Shown: piece after piece, positions 63,155 to 64,000 of the stretch
How positions within the stretch are numbered: the first letter of the stretch is position 1
How the letters are laid out: each line of letters begins with the position of its first letter
Source: Lingula anatina
Lineage: Eukaryota > Animalia > Brachiopoda
Length of the DNA: 64,000 bases
NCBI GenBank assembly: GCA_051362555.1
Contig: CM120647.1
Coordinates: forward strand, 17,274,651 to 17,338,650
Direction: 5' to 3'
Program-made: the position numbers and the translations under genes
The notes under the pieces: model-generated
Seen by the model: the letters and a program-made list of their open reading frames with translations, nothing else
Told to the model about the DNA's origin: nothing
Databases searched by the model: none

Positions 63155-63211
63155 CATGCTGATGTCATCACATAACATGCTGATGTCATCACATAACATG
63201 CTGATGTCATC
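63155..63211 (+). repeat. 21-bp tandem repeat CATGCTGATGTCATCACATAA (~2.7 copies) in the 3'UTR
   Basis: Directly visible just after the stop codon. Confidence 0.85.
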
Positions 63212-64000
63212 AGGCAATTTGGAAAAAATGATGATGTCAGACTTATTCAGCAGAATGGTGACATCAGAAGCAATATGTCAGTGTAAAAAAATCAGCATTT
63301 ATGCCAGTATCAAAAAAAAAAAGCATAGACTGTGTCACTGCAATGGGTGCTGATATTATACTACCAGTAGTAGGTTGCATTGATGATGTCATTTGTAAAA
63401 TTTGCTGACATCAAAGGTAACAGTAATGATGAGACTGCTGACATCATAACATGGCTTTGTAAGTTCTGAAATCAAATGATGACATCCAGGCATGAAGTGG
63501 TATATTGTTAGTTGTAACATACAGGTGGTCATCTTGAAGTATTCACAGAGAAGAAAGTTGAAAGTTCAAGCTGACACCCAAAGCAATAATTGTGATGACA
63601 CAAAATTAAAAGTTGATATTGTTAGAGAAATTGATAAATAGATGTCACTGCTTTTTACTGCAGTCTGGCAGATGTTTTGATCATGTAGAAGGAGACTTTT
63701 TTCATCTTATCAGAACTCAAAATGTGAGCCTTTGTTATTTTGGTGGTCCATAGTTTTTAAAATACATGGTAAATCAAAGATGTGGCATCAAATGCAAGGC
63801 AACATTCCAGAGTTTATATTGTGGACAAATTAATTTGTCCTTGTTTATATTTGATTCATTTAATGAAGAGAAAAATGTCTAATTGCAATATCTTTAATTA
63901 TTCCATGGATATAATTAATTTTCTATTTCTTTCTTTTATTTATTTATTTATTTATCTATTTATTTATTTATTTATTTATTTATTTATTTTTCATTTTTTG

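Noticed and set aside
63139-63162. Selenocysteine or readthrough at the TGA after TPAAC
   Set aside because: The MRH domain is complete at this point, another TGA follows six codons later, and no convincing SECIS was seen.

Overview
AT-rich, intron-rich eukaryotic DNA from an invertebrate animal, probably a lophotrochozoan (inferred from gene content and repeat types). Most ORF-track entries are exon fragments or spurious, so genes were rebuilt by hand from GT-AG exon chains. Five complete protein-coding genes were found: (1) a 16-exon secreted astacin metalloprotease on the minus strand (pro-astacin, EGF, CUB, Thr-rich, Cys-rich, TSP1); (2) MRNIP (minus), head-to-head with (3) a GTSF1/Asterix-family CHHC zinc-finger gene (plus); (4) the RBR E3 ligase RNF19 (minus), head-to-head with (5) a PRKCSH-like, MRH-domain type II membrane protein (plus). 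The signal-peptide first exon of a sixth gene sits at the left edge. There are two tRNA genes: Val-TAC and an intron-containing Phe-GAA. Non-autonomous DNA transposons include two Helentron/HINE-like elements with internal satellites, Harbinger-like MITEs, an IS3EU-like foldback and a Ginger-like nested insert. The top candidate novelty is the GTSF1-like protein, which adds GRG repeats and a C-terminal PYM/eIF2A-type helix and is itself bracketed by two HINE elements. All family assignments come from motif recognition, not database searches.
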